Of a stretch of 64,000 nucleotides of DNA, positions 1-14,765 are shown piece by piece; positions within the stretch are counted from its first letter, which is position 1; each line of letters starts with the position of its first letter. The notes under the pieces were generated by a model. That model had not been told where the DNA came from. It saw only the letters and a list, made by a program, of their open reading frames with translations, and did not search any database. A program made the position numbers and the translations under genes. The DNA lies in assembly GCA_965140705.1 (NCBI GenBank), contig OZ223302.1:96001-160000 (forward strand), given 5' to 3'. The stretch comes from an uncultured Arcobacter sp. (GTDB lineage Bacteria > Campylobacterota > Campylobacteria > Campylobacterales > Arcobacteraceae).

Positions 1-3000
1 AAATGCTGAAGTTTAATTTTATATCAGTTAAATCGATGTAACAAAAAAAAAAACAATATAATTAAATTCCATTAATTATATTATTTTATAAAGAAAATAT
101 AAAGTGAATCTTATTTCGTCCTCCCATAAGAAGCTTAATTTACACCTGAAATATCATTAATCTGCTTATAAGAGATTGTGCAAATATTATCCTAAAAAAA
201 AACAAGTTCAGCGATTGATGGTCTTGCAGCTTATTAATTGATAACATAAATAATAAATATATTAAAGCATGGAATAGATTAAAATGCTTCAATAGAATTT
301 GGAACTTATTAATAATTTGGAGAATCTTAAATAGAATCGCCAGAAAAAGTAGAGAAAAAGAAAGAAGATGAAGCTTGGAAGAAAGAAATTGAATAGATAA
401 AATTATAGAATGTTTAGTTAGCTGATTAGATTTTAAATAAAAATAATAAGATTGATAATATGGAATAAAAAATTAGTAAACTTTAAGAACAATTATCTTA
501 TTAAAATGAATAGTCAGAATAAAATCTTACATCAAAAGAAGATTTTGCAAATTCAAATTATGAATTATTAAATGAAATTAATTAAAAAAATAATTTAATT
601 TAAGAATTATAATAAGAAGTAATTCAATGTTAGACATAATTTGCAATAATTTAAAAAGAAAAATTTAAAGTTGATGAAGAATTAGTCACAATATAAGAAT
701 AAAGTGAATAAAATTTTAACTAAGCTAAATAAGAATTTATTAAGCTTAAAGCATAAAGAGATAAAATATTGCAAGTAGTACTAAATTAAAAATAATAATT
801 TCACAATTAATTTTAATGTTGTAAAGATTTATTTACAAAATTCTCATCAATCTATAATTAATAGTATAATAATTTAAAGAATGAATAAATTGCTTTTTAA
901 AAAGAAATTTAACAATGTTATTCAATTAATAATGAAAGCCCCGTTAATAATTGTTAAGGGCAATTAGACGATATTTAATAAATTATTTTAAATTTGCGTG
1001 AACAAATTAGCTAAATAAAAAGTAAATACAATTTATTTAAGGAAATTTGTTAAAAATTAAATTAGTAAAAAAACAATTTCAAAAGTAAAATTTTATAATA
1101 ATAATTTCGGCTAAAGAATTCTTTAGTAAATTAAGAAAAATTTATTTAACTATAACAATTACATCAACTATAAGATAAAGAATTTAAAAAATGTTAAGAA
1201 AAGAATGAATCATTAATTGAAAATAATAAAATAATTTAAGAAATTAATATTTAATAAACTTAAACTATTAAATAACTTTCTCTAAGCAATGAAGAATTTT
1301 TTTAAAAAATTAAATAACTCTAAGCAGAATTAAAAAAAAAAACTGATTAAATAATTATACTAGAAAAAAAAAATGTTATAATCGATACAAAACTTAAATC
1401 TTTAAATAATAATCTTTAGTAATAATTTGAAACTAATATTTTTAATTAAATGGAATTAAAAAAAAATATAGTTAGCAATGATGATATTGATCAAGAATTA
1501 AAGCAAATAAATTCTGAATTCAAAAAAATGTAAAATAAAGCTCTTAAATTAGAAGAAATAAATAACAACTAGTAAAATTTGTTTTAAGGTGTTAAATAAG
1601 AACATTTTTTACTTGAGCAAAAAATAAAAGATTTTTCATAATTAAATGAAATAAGCATAAAAAAATTTTAAATATTAAATTAAAATAATTTAAATTTAGA
1701 AAAAAAACATCAAATTTAATCCTAAGAACTAAGAAAAAAATAAATTGAAAATTAACTTTTAATATCAGAAAAAGAAAATAATTTAAATTAAATCAATAAA
1801 TTAAATGATAAAATAAGTCATTAAGCAAAAATTCTTGAATATTTAAAAAAAGAAAATAATTTAATAAAAAAAAGAAATGAAATGAATAATAAATAAAAAT
1901 AATTAGAAAATAATCATTTATTTGATCAACTTTAAAAAGCTGAGCAAATAAATATTAATTTTAAATTAAAAATTATTAAGAATGTTGAATCTTTGAGTTA
2001 AATTATTACCTTACTTTAAGATCAAATTATAATTAGTTAATAAGATAATTTTCAAATTGCATAAAAAATTCTTAAATATCATAAATTTTTAGACTAAATA
2101 AAAGTATCGAATATTTAGTAAAAATAAGTTTTTTTACATTAAAATACAAAATTAAAGAAAAAGAATAAATTTTTAGTGGAATTAAGGAGAGATTATTAAA
2201 ATTAAAGAATATCATTAATATATTAGTAAACAATTAATTTATAACAAAATATTGATAAAAGCTCAATAAAAACATAAAATTTAGAATAATCATTCATTCA
2301 AATTAATTAATAGACTTTTCTGTAAGAAAACTTTTAAAAATTATCTGAAACTTAAAAATAAATGCAAAACAAATTTTTAGAATAATCAAAAAGTCATACA
2401 TCCTATTTAAAAACTAAATATGATAACTATAAAAAATAATTAGTGAAATAAATCTTATATATTCAAAACTTGGAAAGAAAATAAAAGGAAGAAGTTTAAA
2501 TTATTCAATAATTAGAAAAGCAAATAAATAAAATAAAAGCTCAATAAGTCACTGAATAAAAAGAATTTAAAATTTAGCACTAAAGTTTGACTTAATAGAG
2601 AAATGAAGAACAAAATAAAAGCAATAATTTAGAAATTGAGAAGCAATAACTGTAAGATAAAATGAATTAGCTTAAGAGTGCTTTAGAAAAAGTTAATTCT
2701 GAATTATAGTCAACATAAATGTGCAGAAGTTAAGATGACATATAAATTAAAAATACAATAATAAATTTTTAAGAAAATATTGAAATTTTGACTAAAAAAG
2801 TAACAGATTTAGAAAAAGAAAAGGAATTATAAAAATAATAAATTGAATAATAAGAAAACATAATTAAAAATACTGATAAATAACTGAGGTAATTAAAAAT
2901 AGAAAAAGTAGAATTAGAATATAAAATAGAATAAACCAAAACAATAGAAAATTGTTTATCTATTTAAAATTAAAAATAAAAAGATATGGAAAATAAATTT

Positions 3001-6000
3001 GAATTGAAAGAAGAAAAAATGAAAAATTATGAGAAGTAATGATTAATTATGAATGACAATAAATAAAATTTGTAAAATTTAATTGCAGAATTCTAAAAAA
3101 AATAAGATTTCTTACAAAATGAAGTTTAAAAGTAATAAAAAGAAATTTTCGAATTACAATTACAAGTTAGATCAGTTAAAAATGAAATAAGTCAGCAATT
3201 TTAGACTTTAAAAGAAGAAAACTCCAAAAAATATTTAATGATTGCTAAGTAATAATAAATACTTTCAAAAGATTATTCAATTTTATTGACAAATTTTTAG
3301 AAAGTTAAAACAGAAAAAAACTAATTATAATGAAAAAATTATAATTATTTAAAATAAATTGAATAACTAAATTATGAAAAAAAGTTATTAGTAAATTAAT
3401 TTCTAGAATCTTCAGTAAAAACAATGAATTTTTAAGAGACAAATATTAATACTATTAAAAATTTAAGATAAATTAATCTATTTTCTTCTAATTAATAATC
3501 CAAAGCATTAGAAGATATTATATTTGATAGATAAAAGCTTTAAAATATTTTAAAATAATTTTCATCTTTAAAAGCTCTTCATAATTAATAATAAAAAACT
3601 TTAATCAATTAAGTTAAATAATAGTTAAAATAAAAAAATATGTATTTGAATTAATTAAGAAGAAAATATGTTAACAGTAAAGTATAGTTTGATGCTTTAT
3701 TATTGAATAATAAAAATTTATAAAAAGTAGGAAGTGATTCTTCTTAAATAAATATTTAATTATAAAACTAAATCATTGAAATAAATTAAAAAAATAATAA
3801 AGAAAAAGAAGAATTTACCAAAATAAAAGAGCTATTTTTGTAAGAGAAAGATTAATCAAAATAATATATTGCTAATTATTAAAAACGTAATTAAGAGCTT
3901 AATCAATAATTAACAAGCTTGCAGAATGAAAAAAACAGTATTGAAAATGAGAATAGATAATTAGGAGATAGCAATATTGAAATTAAAGAAGAATTATAAA
4001 AAATTAAAATGTAGTTTAGCTAGTAATAAAATTAAAGCAATGAAGATAAATAATAATATCAAATTTAAGTAAATTCAAATTAATAAGAAATTTAAAGCTT
4101 AAAATAAAAATTATTATAATCTGAAGAAGAAATACTTTAATTTACTAATAAACTTAAATTTTCAAATGAAAAAAATAATACTATTCGCAAATATTATGAA
4201 ATTATAATACAATTAAATTAAGAAAAATTTGATCTTAATAATTTATACCAATAATTACAAAATAAGGTATCTTGTTTAAAAACATAAAAAGATTATGATT
4301 TACAAAATATTTTGACTAATGTTTAAGCTTTTAATCAAAAAAATCTTTCCCTTTCTGATTAAATCCAAAATATTAATGAAAACAATGTTTTAATTAAAAA
4401 ATAAATTAGTTAATTTTACAAAATCTCAGAAAATATTAAATAAAATCAAAAAAATTTCAATAATCAATTAAATTAATTAAGAATAAATGATTAAACTAAT
4501 AAAAGACAAATGAAAGTATAGTTAGGTTTAATTACAACCTTATAAAAAACAGAAAATAATTCTTCAGAAATAAATGTTAAATTATCAAAGCAACTAATGG
4601 AATTTCAAAATAAATATGATATAGAAAAGTAATTATTTGATAAAAAATTAAACGAATTAAATAGTCAAATTGATTAATATTAAATTTGCAATAAAGAATT
4701 GAATTAACAACTAATAAATTAATAAAATGAAATAAAAAATCAAGAAATATAGAAATAATAATTGTTTGGTTAAGTAAATGAGTTTTAATTAAATTTTCAA
4801 AATTAAGAATAAAATCATAAATTATTAACAACTGAAAATTAAGAATTATTAAATTTAATTAATGAATATAAATTAGAAGCAAATTTAAACAAAGAATAAT
4901 AACTTTTAAGTTAAAAAAAATGGCTTTAAGAATTAAAAAGTAAAGAGGAAGAAATATAAACTTTTAATAAAGAAATTATTGAATTTAAAAATCAAGAAAA
5001 AGAAATAAAAAATTATATAAATTAACTTCAAATAACTACAGAGAATTTATCAGAAAAAATAAAATCAGTTTAATAAGAAAACTTTTAATTAAAATCTGAA
5101 ATTCAATTAACAAAAGAATAATTAATTTAAAAATTTAATGTGCAAAAAGAAGAAAACTCTATTAAATATCTATAAATAGTTAATCATTCAAAAATCTTAA
5201 AACAAGATAAGTTAAATTGTTAGGATAAAATTTCCAATTTTATTAATGAAAGCTAAATTTTAAAATAAAATAATGAGCATTTAAAATTTAAACTCAGTAA
5301 TTCTTTGGAAGAAATTGAAAAAATGTGTTTATAAAAACAATTTTATACTTAAAAAGTCAGGGAATTTATAGACTACTATAATTTAAAGGCAATAAAATAA
5401 ATTAGTATTTAGCAAGTGAAATCTCTTGAAAGTAGTAAGCAAAATAATGTTTTGATTGACAAAAAATATTAAATGATTTCTTAAGTGTTTACAGAAATTA
5501 TAAAATAGCATACAATGTCTTAATAAGTTTTAATAAATAATGTGAAAAAACAAAATAAATAAAAAACAAATTATTTAAATAGATTAAGAAGAGAAAATAC
5601 AAATAAAAAACTAGAGATTGAAAAGTTGCTTAAATTCATTGAAACTTTATAGCAAAAAGGAAATTACTCTTCTGAAACGAATCATTAATTATAAAATTAA
5701 ATAATGGAATTGCAAAGAAAATATGAAACAGAAAAATAAATTTCAATTGAAAAATTAGAAGATTTGAAAGATCAACTTAATTAATATTAAACACTTAGCA
5801 AAGAACTTAATTATTAATTAGAAAATTCATAAAATGAAACTTAAAATCTATAATTAGAGAAAAAATAGCTACTAAATTAAGAAAATGAATTAAAAGAATC
5901 TCTATTGATAACTAATTCAGAATTAACAAAGTTATAAAAGATTAGCAGTGAAAATAATATTTAGCATTAATAGGAAATTAATGATTATGAAACGCAAGTA

Positions 6001-9000
6001 AAGAATTTATCAATTAAATTTGGAAAATAAGAAGAAGAAAAGCAAGAACTTTAAAATTAAATTGCATCATTAAATAAGATTGCAAAAGAATAAATAAATA
6101 AAATTTAAAAAACCAACCAATTATTGACAGAATAAACATAAAAGTATAAGCTTTTCAAAACAAAGATTGAATCAAAAATTAGTTAGTTTTGTGAAAAATA
6201 AAATAGTTTGAATAAATAAATTTATGAAATAAATAATAAAAACCAATAATTATAAAATGGAATAGCATCGATAGCAATCAATTAATTCTAATAAACATCA
6301 AATTCCTTACAATTGTAAAATATAATTAATAATGCAAATTCTTTGAAATAAAAAAATAGAGCATTTTATGATTAACTATTAATAAATAAATAATAAAATT
6401 TGCATTTAGAAGAAACAATTTAATAATTTTAAAATGCTTTTGCATTAGTTAAAAATGAGCATATTTAGTCTTAGTAAATATTATTGAATCAAACAGAAAA
6501 TGTCTATAAATAAAAAAATCAGCATTTAGATTGGCTTAAAAATAAATATACAAAATTATTAATAAGTCATTAAATTCTATAAAAAAATGCAAAAAATTCT
6601 GAATAAATTAGTGAAAAAATTTAAAATGAAAGGCAGTTATTACAAAATAAATATGATGAGGAAAAGGAAGAATTTATAAAAATAAAATAAATATTTTTAG
6701 ATGAATAAGAAGAATAAAAAGATCAAATTGACCACTATTAAAAATTAACTAAAGAATTAAATTTATAATTAACATAATCTCAAGAAGAAGCTATAAAGTT
6801 TGTCAAAGAAAAAAAATTATTTTTGGAAAAATACGATGACATTAATGATCTCTTAGAAAATACAAATTTAGAGTTATAAAGATTATAAAAGTCCAAATAA
6901 GAGAATGAAATTTATTATTAATAATAAATTTCTTAATATTAAGTAGAAATTGATAATTTAAAATAAAAAGACATTGAATAATAAAAACAAAAATAATTAA
7001 ATGAAAATTAAATGTAGTTATTAAATTAGGAATTAACAGAAAAAATTAATCAATAGTAAGTTATCTTGAAAAATTAATAATAAAATAGTAAAGACTTGAA
7101 TATTTAATATTAAGGATTATTAAATTAAATAAATGAATACAAGTAACATGCAAAATAAAATGAAGAATAATAACTTCTAAGCTAACAAAAATGGCTTTAA
7201 GAATTAAAAATTAAATAGGAAGAAATATAATCTTTTAATAAAAAAATTATTGAAATTAAAAATAAGGAAATAGAAATAAAAAATTATATAAATTAATTTT
7301 AGTAAACTAGGGAGAGTTTAGAAGAAAAGATAAAATAAACTTAATAAGAAAACTTTTCATTAAAATCTGAAATTCAGTTAGCAAAAAAATCATTAATTAA
7401 AGAATTTAATGTGTAAAAAGAAGAAAACTATATTAAATATTAATAAATAGTTAATAATTCAAAAATCTTAAAATAAGATAATTTAAATTGTTAGGATAAA
7501 ATTTCCAATTTTATTAATGAAAGCTAAATTTTAAAATAAAATAATGAGGAGTTAAAACTTAAACTCAGGAATTCTTTGGAAGAAATTGAAAAAATGCATT
7601 TATAAAAACAATTTTATGCTTAAAAAGTCAGAGAATTTATAGATTACTCCAATAAATTAAATAACTAAATTTTATAAATTAACAATTAGTGTAAATAATT
7701 ATAAGCTGATAAATTATTTGTGAAGATTTAAGATAATTAATAAAATGACATTAATTTAATATTGCAGAATACCCTTAATAATTTATAGGCAATAAAATAA
7801 ATTAGTATTTAGCAGGCTAAATCTCTTGAAAGTAGTAAGCAAAATAATGTTTTGATTGACAAAAAATATTAAATGATTTCTTAAGTGTTTACAGAAATTA
7901 TAAAATAGCATACAATGTCTTAATAAGTTTTAATAAATAATGTGAAAAAACAAAATAAATAAAAAACAAATTATTTAAATAGATTAAGAAGAGAAAATAA
8001 AAATAAAAAACTAGAGATTGAAAAGTTGCTTAAATTCATTGAAACTTTATAGCAAAAAGGAAATTACTCTTCTGAAACGAATCATTAATTATAAAATTAA
8101 ATAATGGAATTGCAAAGAAAATATGAAACAGAAAAATAAATTTCAATTGAAAAATTAGAAGATTTGAAAGATCAACTTAATTAATATTAAACACTTAGCA
8201 AAGAACTTAATTATTAATTAGAAAATTCATAAAATGAAACTTAAAATCTATAATTAGAGAAAAAATAGCTACTAAATTAAGAAAATGAATTAAAAGAATC
8301 TCTATTGATAACTAATTCAGAATTAACAAAGTTATAAAAGATTAGCAGTGAAAATAATATTTAGCATTAATAGGAAATTAATGATTATGAAACGTAAGTA
8401 AAGAATTTATCAATTAAATTTGGAAAATAAGAAGAAGAAAAGCAAGAACTTTAAAATTAAATTGCATAATTAAATAAGATTGCAAAAGAATAAATAAATA
8501 ATATTTAAAAAAACAATCAATTATTGACAGAATAAATATAAAAGTATAAGCTTTTCAAAACAAAGATTGAATCAAAAATTAGTTAGTTTTGTGAAAAATA
8601 AAATAGCTTGAATAAATAAATTTATGAAATAAATAATAAAAACAAAAAATTATAAAATGGAATAGCATCGATTGCAATCAATTAATTCTAATAAAAATCA
8701 AATTCCTTACAATTGTAAAATATAATTAATAATGTAAATTCTTTGAAATAAAAAAATAGAGCATTTTATGATTAACTATTAATAAATAAATAATAAAATT
8801 TGCATTTAGAAGAAACAATTTAATAATTTTAAAATGCTTTTGCATTAGTTAAAAATGAGCATATTTAGTCTTAGTAAATATTATTGAATCAAACAGAAAA
8901 TGTCTATAAATAAAAAAATCAGCATTTAGATTGGCTTAAAAATAAATATACAAAATTATTAATAAGTCATTAAATTCTATAAAAAAATGCAAAAAATTCT

Positions 9001-12000
9001 GAATAAATTAGTGAAAAAATTTAAAATGAAAGGTAGTTATTACAAAATAAATATGATGAGGAAAAGGAAGAATTTATAAAAATAAAATAAATATTTTTAG
9101 ATGAATAAGAAGAATAAAAAGATCAAATTGACCACTATTAAAAATTAACTAAAGAATTAAATTTATAATTAAGTTAATATTCAGGTGAATTGATAAATCA
9201 TAAATAATAAGAATAAGATAAATAAATTGACTTTACATAACAATTACAAAAAGCTGAGGCAAACTTGAAAAATGTTTAAAAATAAAAAGACGAAGAATAA
9301 ATTTAATATTAAAAGTAAATAAGTTATTATTAAAAAACAGCTGAAGATTTAACAAATAAATTTACTGAATAAGAAGAGATAAAAAATGCTCTAAATAAAT
9401 AAATAACTGAATTAAAAATTGAAATTAAAGAAGTTAAGAATACTTATTAAGAAACAATGGAGAATTTTCTCGAAGAAATTGAAGAATTAAGAAAAATTAA
9501 ATAAGATTAAGAAAAAACTCTTATAATTTATGAATAAAAAGCAAATGAAGGAGATTAAAAAGAAAAATAATTAAAAGAATAAATTGAACTTAATGAAAAT
9601 TTATAAAATAGTATTGAAATATTAATGCAAGGTCAAAAAGAAATGCAATAAAAAATTGAGAAAAAAAAAGAAGAAATTAAAACTTCAGAAAAATAGATCG
9701 CTATTATCAGCGATAAAGAAGAAAAAATGGGATATTTAATAAATGAATTAGAGTAACGTGAAACATCTTTATTAAAAAGTACTGAAAACTTATAAAAATA
9801 AAATGCTTAATTGCAAAGCTAATTAAATTTAAAAGAAGAAGAAATAACGAAATTATGCTAAATAAAAAAGTAATTAGAATAAAAATTAACAGAATAAATG
9901 AATAGTGAACAAAATTTATAAGCTTAATTAATATAAAATAAAAATTCGATGTATTAACTTGAGACTAATTAAAAATAATATATCCTTGAGAAATAAGAAC
10001 TTGAAGAAAAAATCAATGATTAAGATTATTAAATACAATAATAAAAAAATTAAATTAATGATAATAATAGATTAATTAATAAATTAAAATAGCAGCTTAA
10101 ATCATTAGAAGCTGACTATTTATAAATAGAAAAGGAAAACTAAGAAGCTCGGCTTAAAATTGAGCAACTGAAAGATGAAAATGATGAATTAAGTGATTAA
10201 ATAAAAGAAGCAAAAAATTAAATAAATTCAATGACAACTATGAACAATAAATTGAAAAATTAATTAATTGAAGAAGAGAGATAACATTTCCAGGATAATT
10301 AAAAGAATTCAAATTTAGTGACATAAATTGTTTAAAAGTAATCTTAATTAACAATTTCTGAGCAATCAATAGAAAAAATATAAACAAATTTAATTTAATC
10401 TTAAGAATAAAAAAATTCACTTGAATAATAATTGAATGAAGAACGTTAGAGCCGAAAAAAATATGAAAACGAATTAAAACAATGTTAATAAAGGGAATAA
10501 AATCTGAATTCAAAGAATTAACAATTTGAAAAAATCTTTGAAGAAAAATATTCAAATGAATCAAAAATTAATGATGTTATTAACGAATACACTAAATAAA
10601 ATGAACAAATGAAAAGCGAAATTAGTCAATTAAATGAACAAATTGTTAAATTAGAAGAAGAAAAATTTTAGATACTAAATTAAAAAAATAATATTGAAAA
10701 AATTGCAAATAATAGTATTGCAAATGGAAATAATAAAATTTTAGAACTTAAAAATGAAGTTTAACACTCTTTAAAAGAGCAAGAAAATTTAATTTCGTTA
10801 ATCTAGGAATTATAAGAATCATCAACAAATTATGCTAATGAATTTAATTAATTATCTGTTACATTTCAAGCATTTACTAAACAATATTAACTATTTAAAG
10901 AAGAAAACTAAACTATTTCGAAAGAATTAAAAAAAGTGTAATTAACAATTGAAAATCTTTCTAAAGGAATATTGTAGTAAATGTAACGTTCAAAATAAGA
11001 TTTATCAAAATATAAAACAGCTTGTTAAAATTATGAATTAAATGAAGAAAAGAAGAAGAAAATAATAAAGGATCTAATGATGGAAAAGAATGAACTAATG
11101 TCCAAAGGAAAGGATATTATGAAAAAAAAGTAAATAGAAATAGATAATTTAAAATAAGAATTAGAAAAAACTAAAAATGAGTTCTCTACTTTAAACTAAA
11201 CTGTTAATGAGAATACAGAAGAATTTGTTTAATAAAAGGAATTATTTAATAAAATGTTGTAAGAAAAATCTTAAAATGAATAAAGTATTCAAAAATTAGA
11301 AGAAATGTTAAAAATATTGAAATAATAATTACAGAAAAAAGGAGAAGAATATTAAAGTCTTTGGAGAGAAAACAATGAGAATAAACTAAAATATGATGAA
11401 ATTTCTTTCGAATTAGAAGAAATGTAAAAAATTAAAGATAATTCTGAGTAAATCCAGTTATTAGAGGCAGAATTAAGAAAAAAAGAGGATGAATTAAAGA
11501 ATGAATAAAGAGAAAGGGAACAATTAAAGGATGAAAAGGATTATTTAAAAGAATAAGTAGATATATTTAGATAAGAGGTTGAGGAGATTTAAAAAAATGA
11601 AGAAAAAAAAGCAATCAGATTGCAAATTATAAAAGAAATGCCTGAAAAATAAGAGGATATGGAAGACTTAATAGAAAAATTAAGTTCTATTCATGAGGAT
11701 TAATTAGAATCTTTTATTGATGAGGTATTATTAGAAATTCAATTATTATTGTATTTATACTAAGTCTGGGGAAGGAAACAAATAAATTGAAGAATAAAAA
11801 AATAAAGAAGAAGAAATAAAAAAGGAAGAAACTCAATAAGAACTATTAAAACTAGAAGAATAAAAATCAGTAATATAATTATAATCAAATTGTATTTATT
11901 TATATAGGAATTATAAAATACAATAAGAAGATTATAAGGTGAAAATATTAGTCTTAAAAAGACTATGGAACATTCATTATCAATAGCAACACCAAGTTAA

Positions 12001-12464
12001 CTTGAAATGCAAAGTTAAATTTAAATATAATAAAAGGAACTTAATGAGATTTAAGAAGATTAATAAATAAATGAACAAAAATTTATTAATAAGGTTTATC
12101 TTAATTAAAATAATTTTATTTTTAGATTAAATTGCTCTAAAATGATAAAATAAAATTAGTCAATGAATTTGATAGGTTGATGAAAGAAAAGAAAGAAATT
12201 GAAAATAAGTTAAAATGTTCATCATCGTTTCATGAAAAAGAAGCTATTAAAAAAATGATTGTCCAATTTTTTTAATTATAAGCATAAGGGTTATTTTATT
12301 TATTTTAAAAGAAAATTATTTTATTATCAAGAAATAAGGAATCTGAAAATATAGTAAAAATTATGTCAAAATAATTAGAATTTAGCCCAAAAGAAATTAG
12401 CATGCTTCTTGAATGCTATACAAAGATGAATCCAAAGAAAAATTTTTTAGGAATTTTTAAATGA
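1..12464 (+). CDS. Giant (>4000 aa, 5'-partial) coiled-coil protein with a C-terminal GRIP/GRAB-like domain (golgin-like)
   Basis: Exons ..37, 94-11724, 11765-11869, 11908-12093, 12126-12289, 12332-12464, with GT-AG introns 38-93, 11725-11764, 11870-11907, 12094-12125, 12290-12331. Protein is Q/E/K/N/L heptad-rich and ends EAIKKMIVQFFQ..ESENIVKIMSKQLEFSPKEISMLL..FLGIFK-TGA. Internal in-frame TGA at 3331-3333. Confidence 0.85.
4890..9172 (+). repeat. Intragenic in-frame tandem duplication (copy A ~4890-6772, copy B ~7160-9172)
   Basis: 5401-6772 is near-identical to 7801-9172 (offset 2400). 4921-~5370 matches 7192-~7645 (offset 2271), so copy B carries an extra ~129 bp. Confidence 0.95.
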
Positions 12465-12652
12465 AAAAAGACTATTTATTTAAAAATAATAATTAATGAT
12501 GAAATTACTATTAAATTAATATAATTTTAAAATACTTCTTTAATTTCTATAATTTTTAATATAATTGTAAAAATAAGAAATTTGAGTATTTTCCAAAATA
12601 ATAAATTTTTATTTAATTAAGATTGATTGATCATAATGATTGTTTTCTAAAA

Positions 12653-14516
12653 TCACAAAATATTTTTGATTTCTTACTACTGACTATTGACTTCTTTTTT
12701 ATTAAAATTTTAATAAATCTTAATAAATTCATCTAAAACTTCATTGCGATAAACTGCTTCAATTTTTCCATCCTCACTGCCACATTTAACACAAAATTTA
12801 GAAAATTTTGATTTGCAATTATAACAAAATGAATGTCCACACGGTATGCATGTCACAGGATTTTTCATCATCTTCCCACAGGAATCACAATTAAGTTTTT
12901 CTTAGAGCAATTTCTAAAAATAAATAGAAAAATTAATTTTTATTTAAACTAAAGATTTGGAAAAATTATCTATTTTTTGTAAATTGTACTACTTTATTTT
13001 TTATTCCTAAAATTTTATTATTTTTTTATATTCGTCTAGTTATTCTTAAAGATTTAGTTGCTCAGGCTCTTACTCAGTAGGCTTTTTTAAGGTGAATTTT
13101 TTATATTTAGCTTTTTTGCCCTTTGTTTGTTCATTATTATTATTATTATTAGTAGGAGAAGAATCTTTTAACTTTGGCGCTAACTGCTCTTCTAATTTTG
13201 TTAATTGATTTTGAAATTATTCATTTTAATTATTTTATACAATTAATTATAATTCTTATTTTTCTATTGTTTCTTATTTTTCAGTGAGTGATTATTCAAG
13301 TTTTTCTACATCAGTAATAAGTTTTTCTATTAATTTATCTTTTTATTTATTTTCATTTTACAAAAATTTTAGTTATGATATTCGAATATATAAATCTTTA
13401 TTTTTTCTCTTTGTAAACATTATAAATAAAATAAATAGTAATAATAATAAACATCTTTTTCCATACATAATTTTTCTAAATATAAGATTTTTTATTCTTA
13501 TTGAGTGTTTTTTTAAATTAACCCTTAAAATTTATTTGTAACAACTTCAAATTTTTTTTCTAATTTCATAAATTCGTTAGAATAAAAATCAGAATTCTAT
13601 TAATTTTAATACAAAAAAAACTAATAAAAATTATAACATCATTTTAATGTTTAAGCTTAGTCATTAATTCGGAATGTTTATCATTTTATTTACCTGTCAG
13701 TGCTATTTAATTATCTCTTTCTGCTTATAATTACTATCTAACATTTTTAATTTCCTCTCTTAAATATTTAATTTCATCATATAAATCTTTCTTTCCCTCA
13801 TTCATACCCTCAATTAACCTTCGACAATCATCTAATTCCTTTGTCTAAGCAAAGTATTCAGAGATTCTATTTTTCAATTTTTCAATTGTTTTTTATTACT
13901 TATTAATTAATTATTGTTAATCTTAAGTTTCCATTGTTTCTGTTGATGAATCTTTCATTTCTTTTGGAATTTGAGTTAATATATTATTATTAGAATTATT
14001 ATTAGTATTATTTTAATTCTTTATATTTTCAGTTTTTTTGGCTGCGTTTGGCATTTGAATTAATTATTAAATTAATTAATTGACTCTAATAAGCTAAGAA
14101 TTTTAAATTGTAATAATAGCTTATGCACTAAATAATTCTTATTGAATTTTATTTCTTTATTCAATAATTGCTTTGCAAAACCCAAATAAGCTTTAAAACA
14201 CTTATTTAATCATAATAATGTTTTCAAGTAATTCAGGAAGATTTTCTTTTCCAAATATTATAAGATCTTTATCCTAATTTTCTAATAATAGTGGATAAGG
14301 CTTTTAATTTTTAGTTTCAACACCATCATATTATAATGCTTATAATTTTGGAATTTTTAAACCTAAAATTTTTTATGAAGATTTCTTAATATTTAATGTG
14401 GTTAAATTTTAAAGTTTTTGGCTTGGCAAACTAGAATGATTATCAACAATTAAACTATGTGGAGAATAACTTTCAAAAAATTTTTATTTTCCTTTATTTT
14501 ATGCGATTTTATTCAT
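12653..14516 (-). CDS. Coiled-coil protein with C-terminal C3HC4 RING finger (putative E3 ubiquitin ligase)
   Basis: Reverse strand reads CDSCGKMMKNPVTCIPCGHSFCYNCKSKFSKFCVKCG. ATG at 14516, several short introns, first TGA after the RING at 12655-12653. Confidence 0.8.
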
Positions 14517-14765
14517 TTATAATTTAATTAAAATAATGTTTAATTATTAAGAGTTTTATTATAATTTTGCAAAAATTTTCTGTTTTTATGAACAATTTTT
14601 TTAATTATTTATAAAGTTTTTGGCTAAATAAGTATAGTTAAATTTCTTAGTTGCCGACTATATATATTTTTGAATTGGAAATAAGAATAAATTAAAATTT
14701 TAATATAAATTAGTTTGATAAAAATAAAATTATTAATTTTTTTTTTATTTGAAACGATTAATTTT

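Noticed and set aside
1..12464. Non-coding, satellite or pseudogene reading of the stop-rich region
   Set aside because: Strong 3-base periodicity, frame-preserving introns and synonymous CAR/TAR swaps show it is coding.
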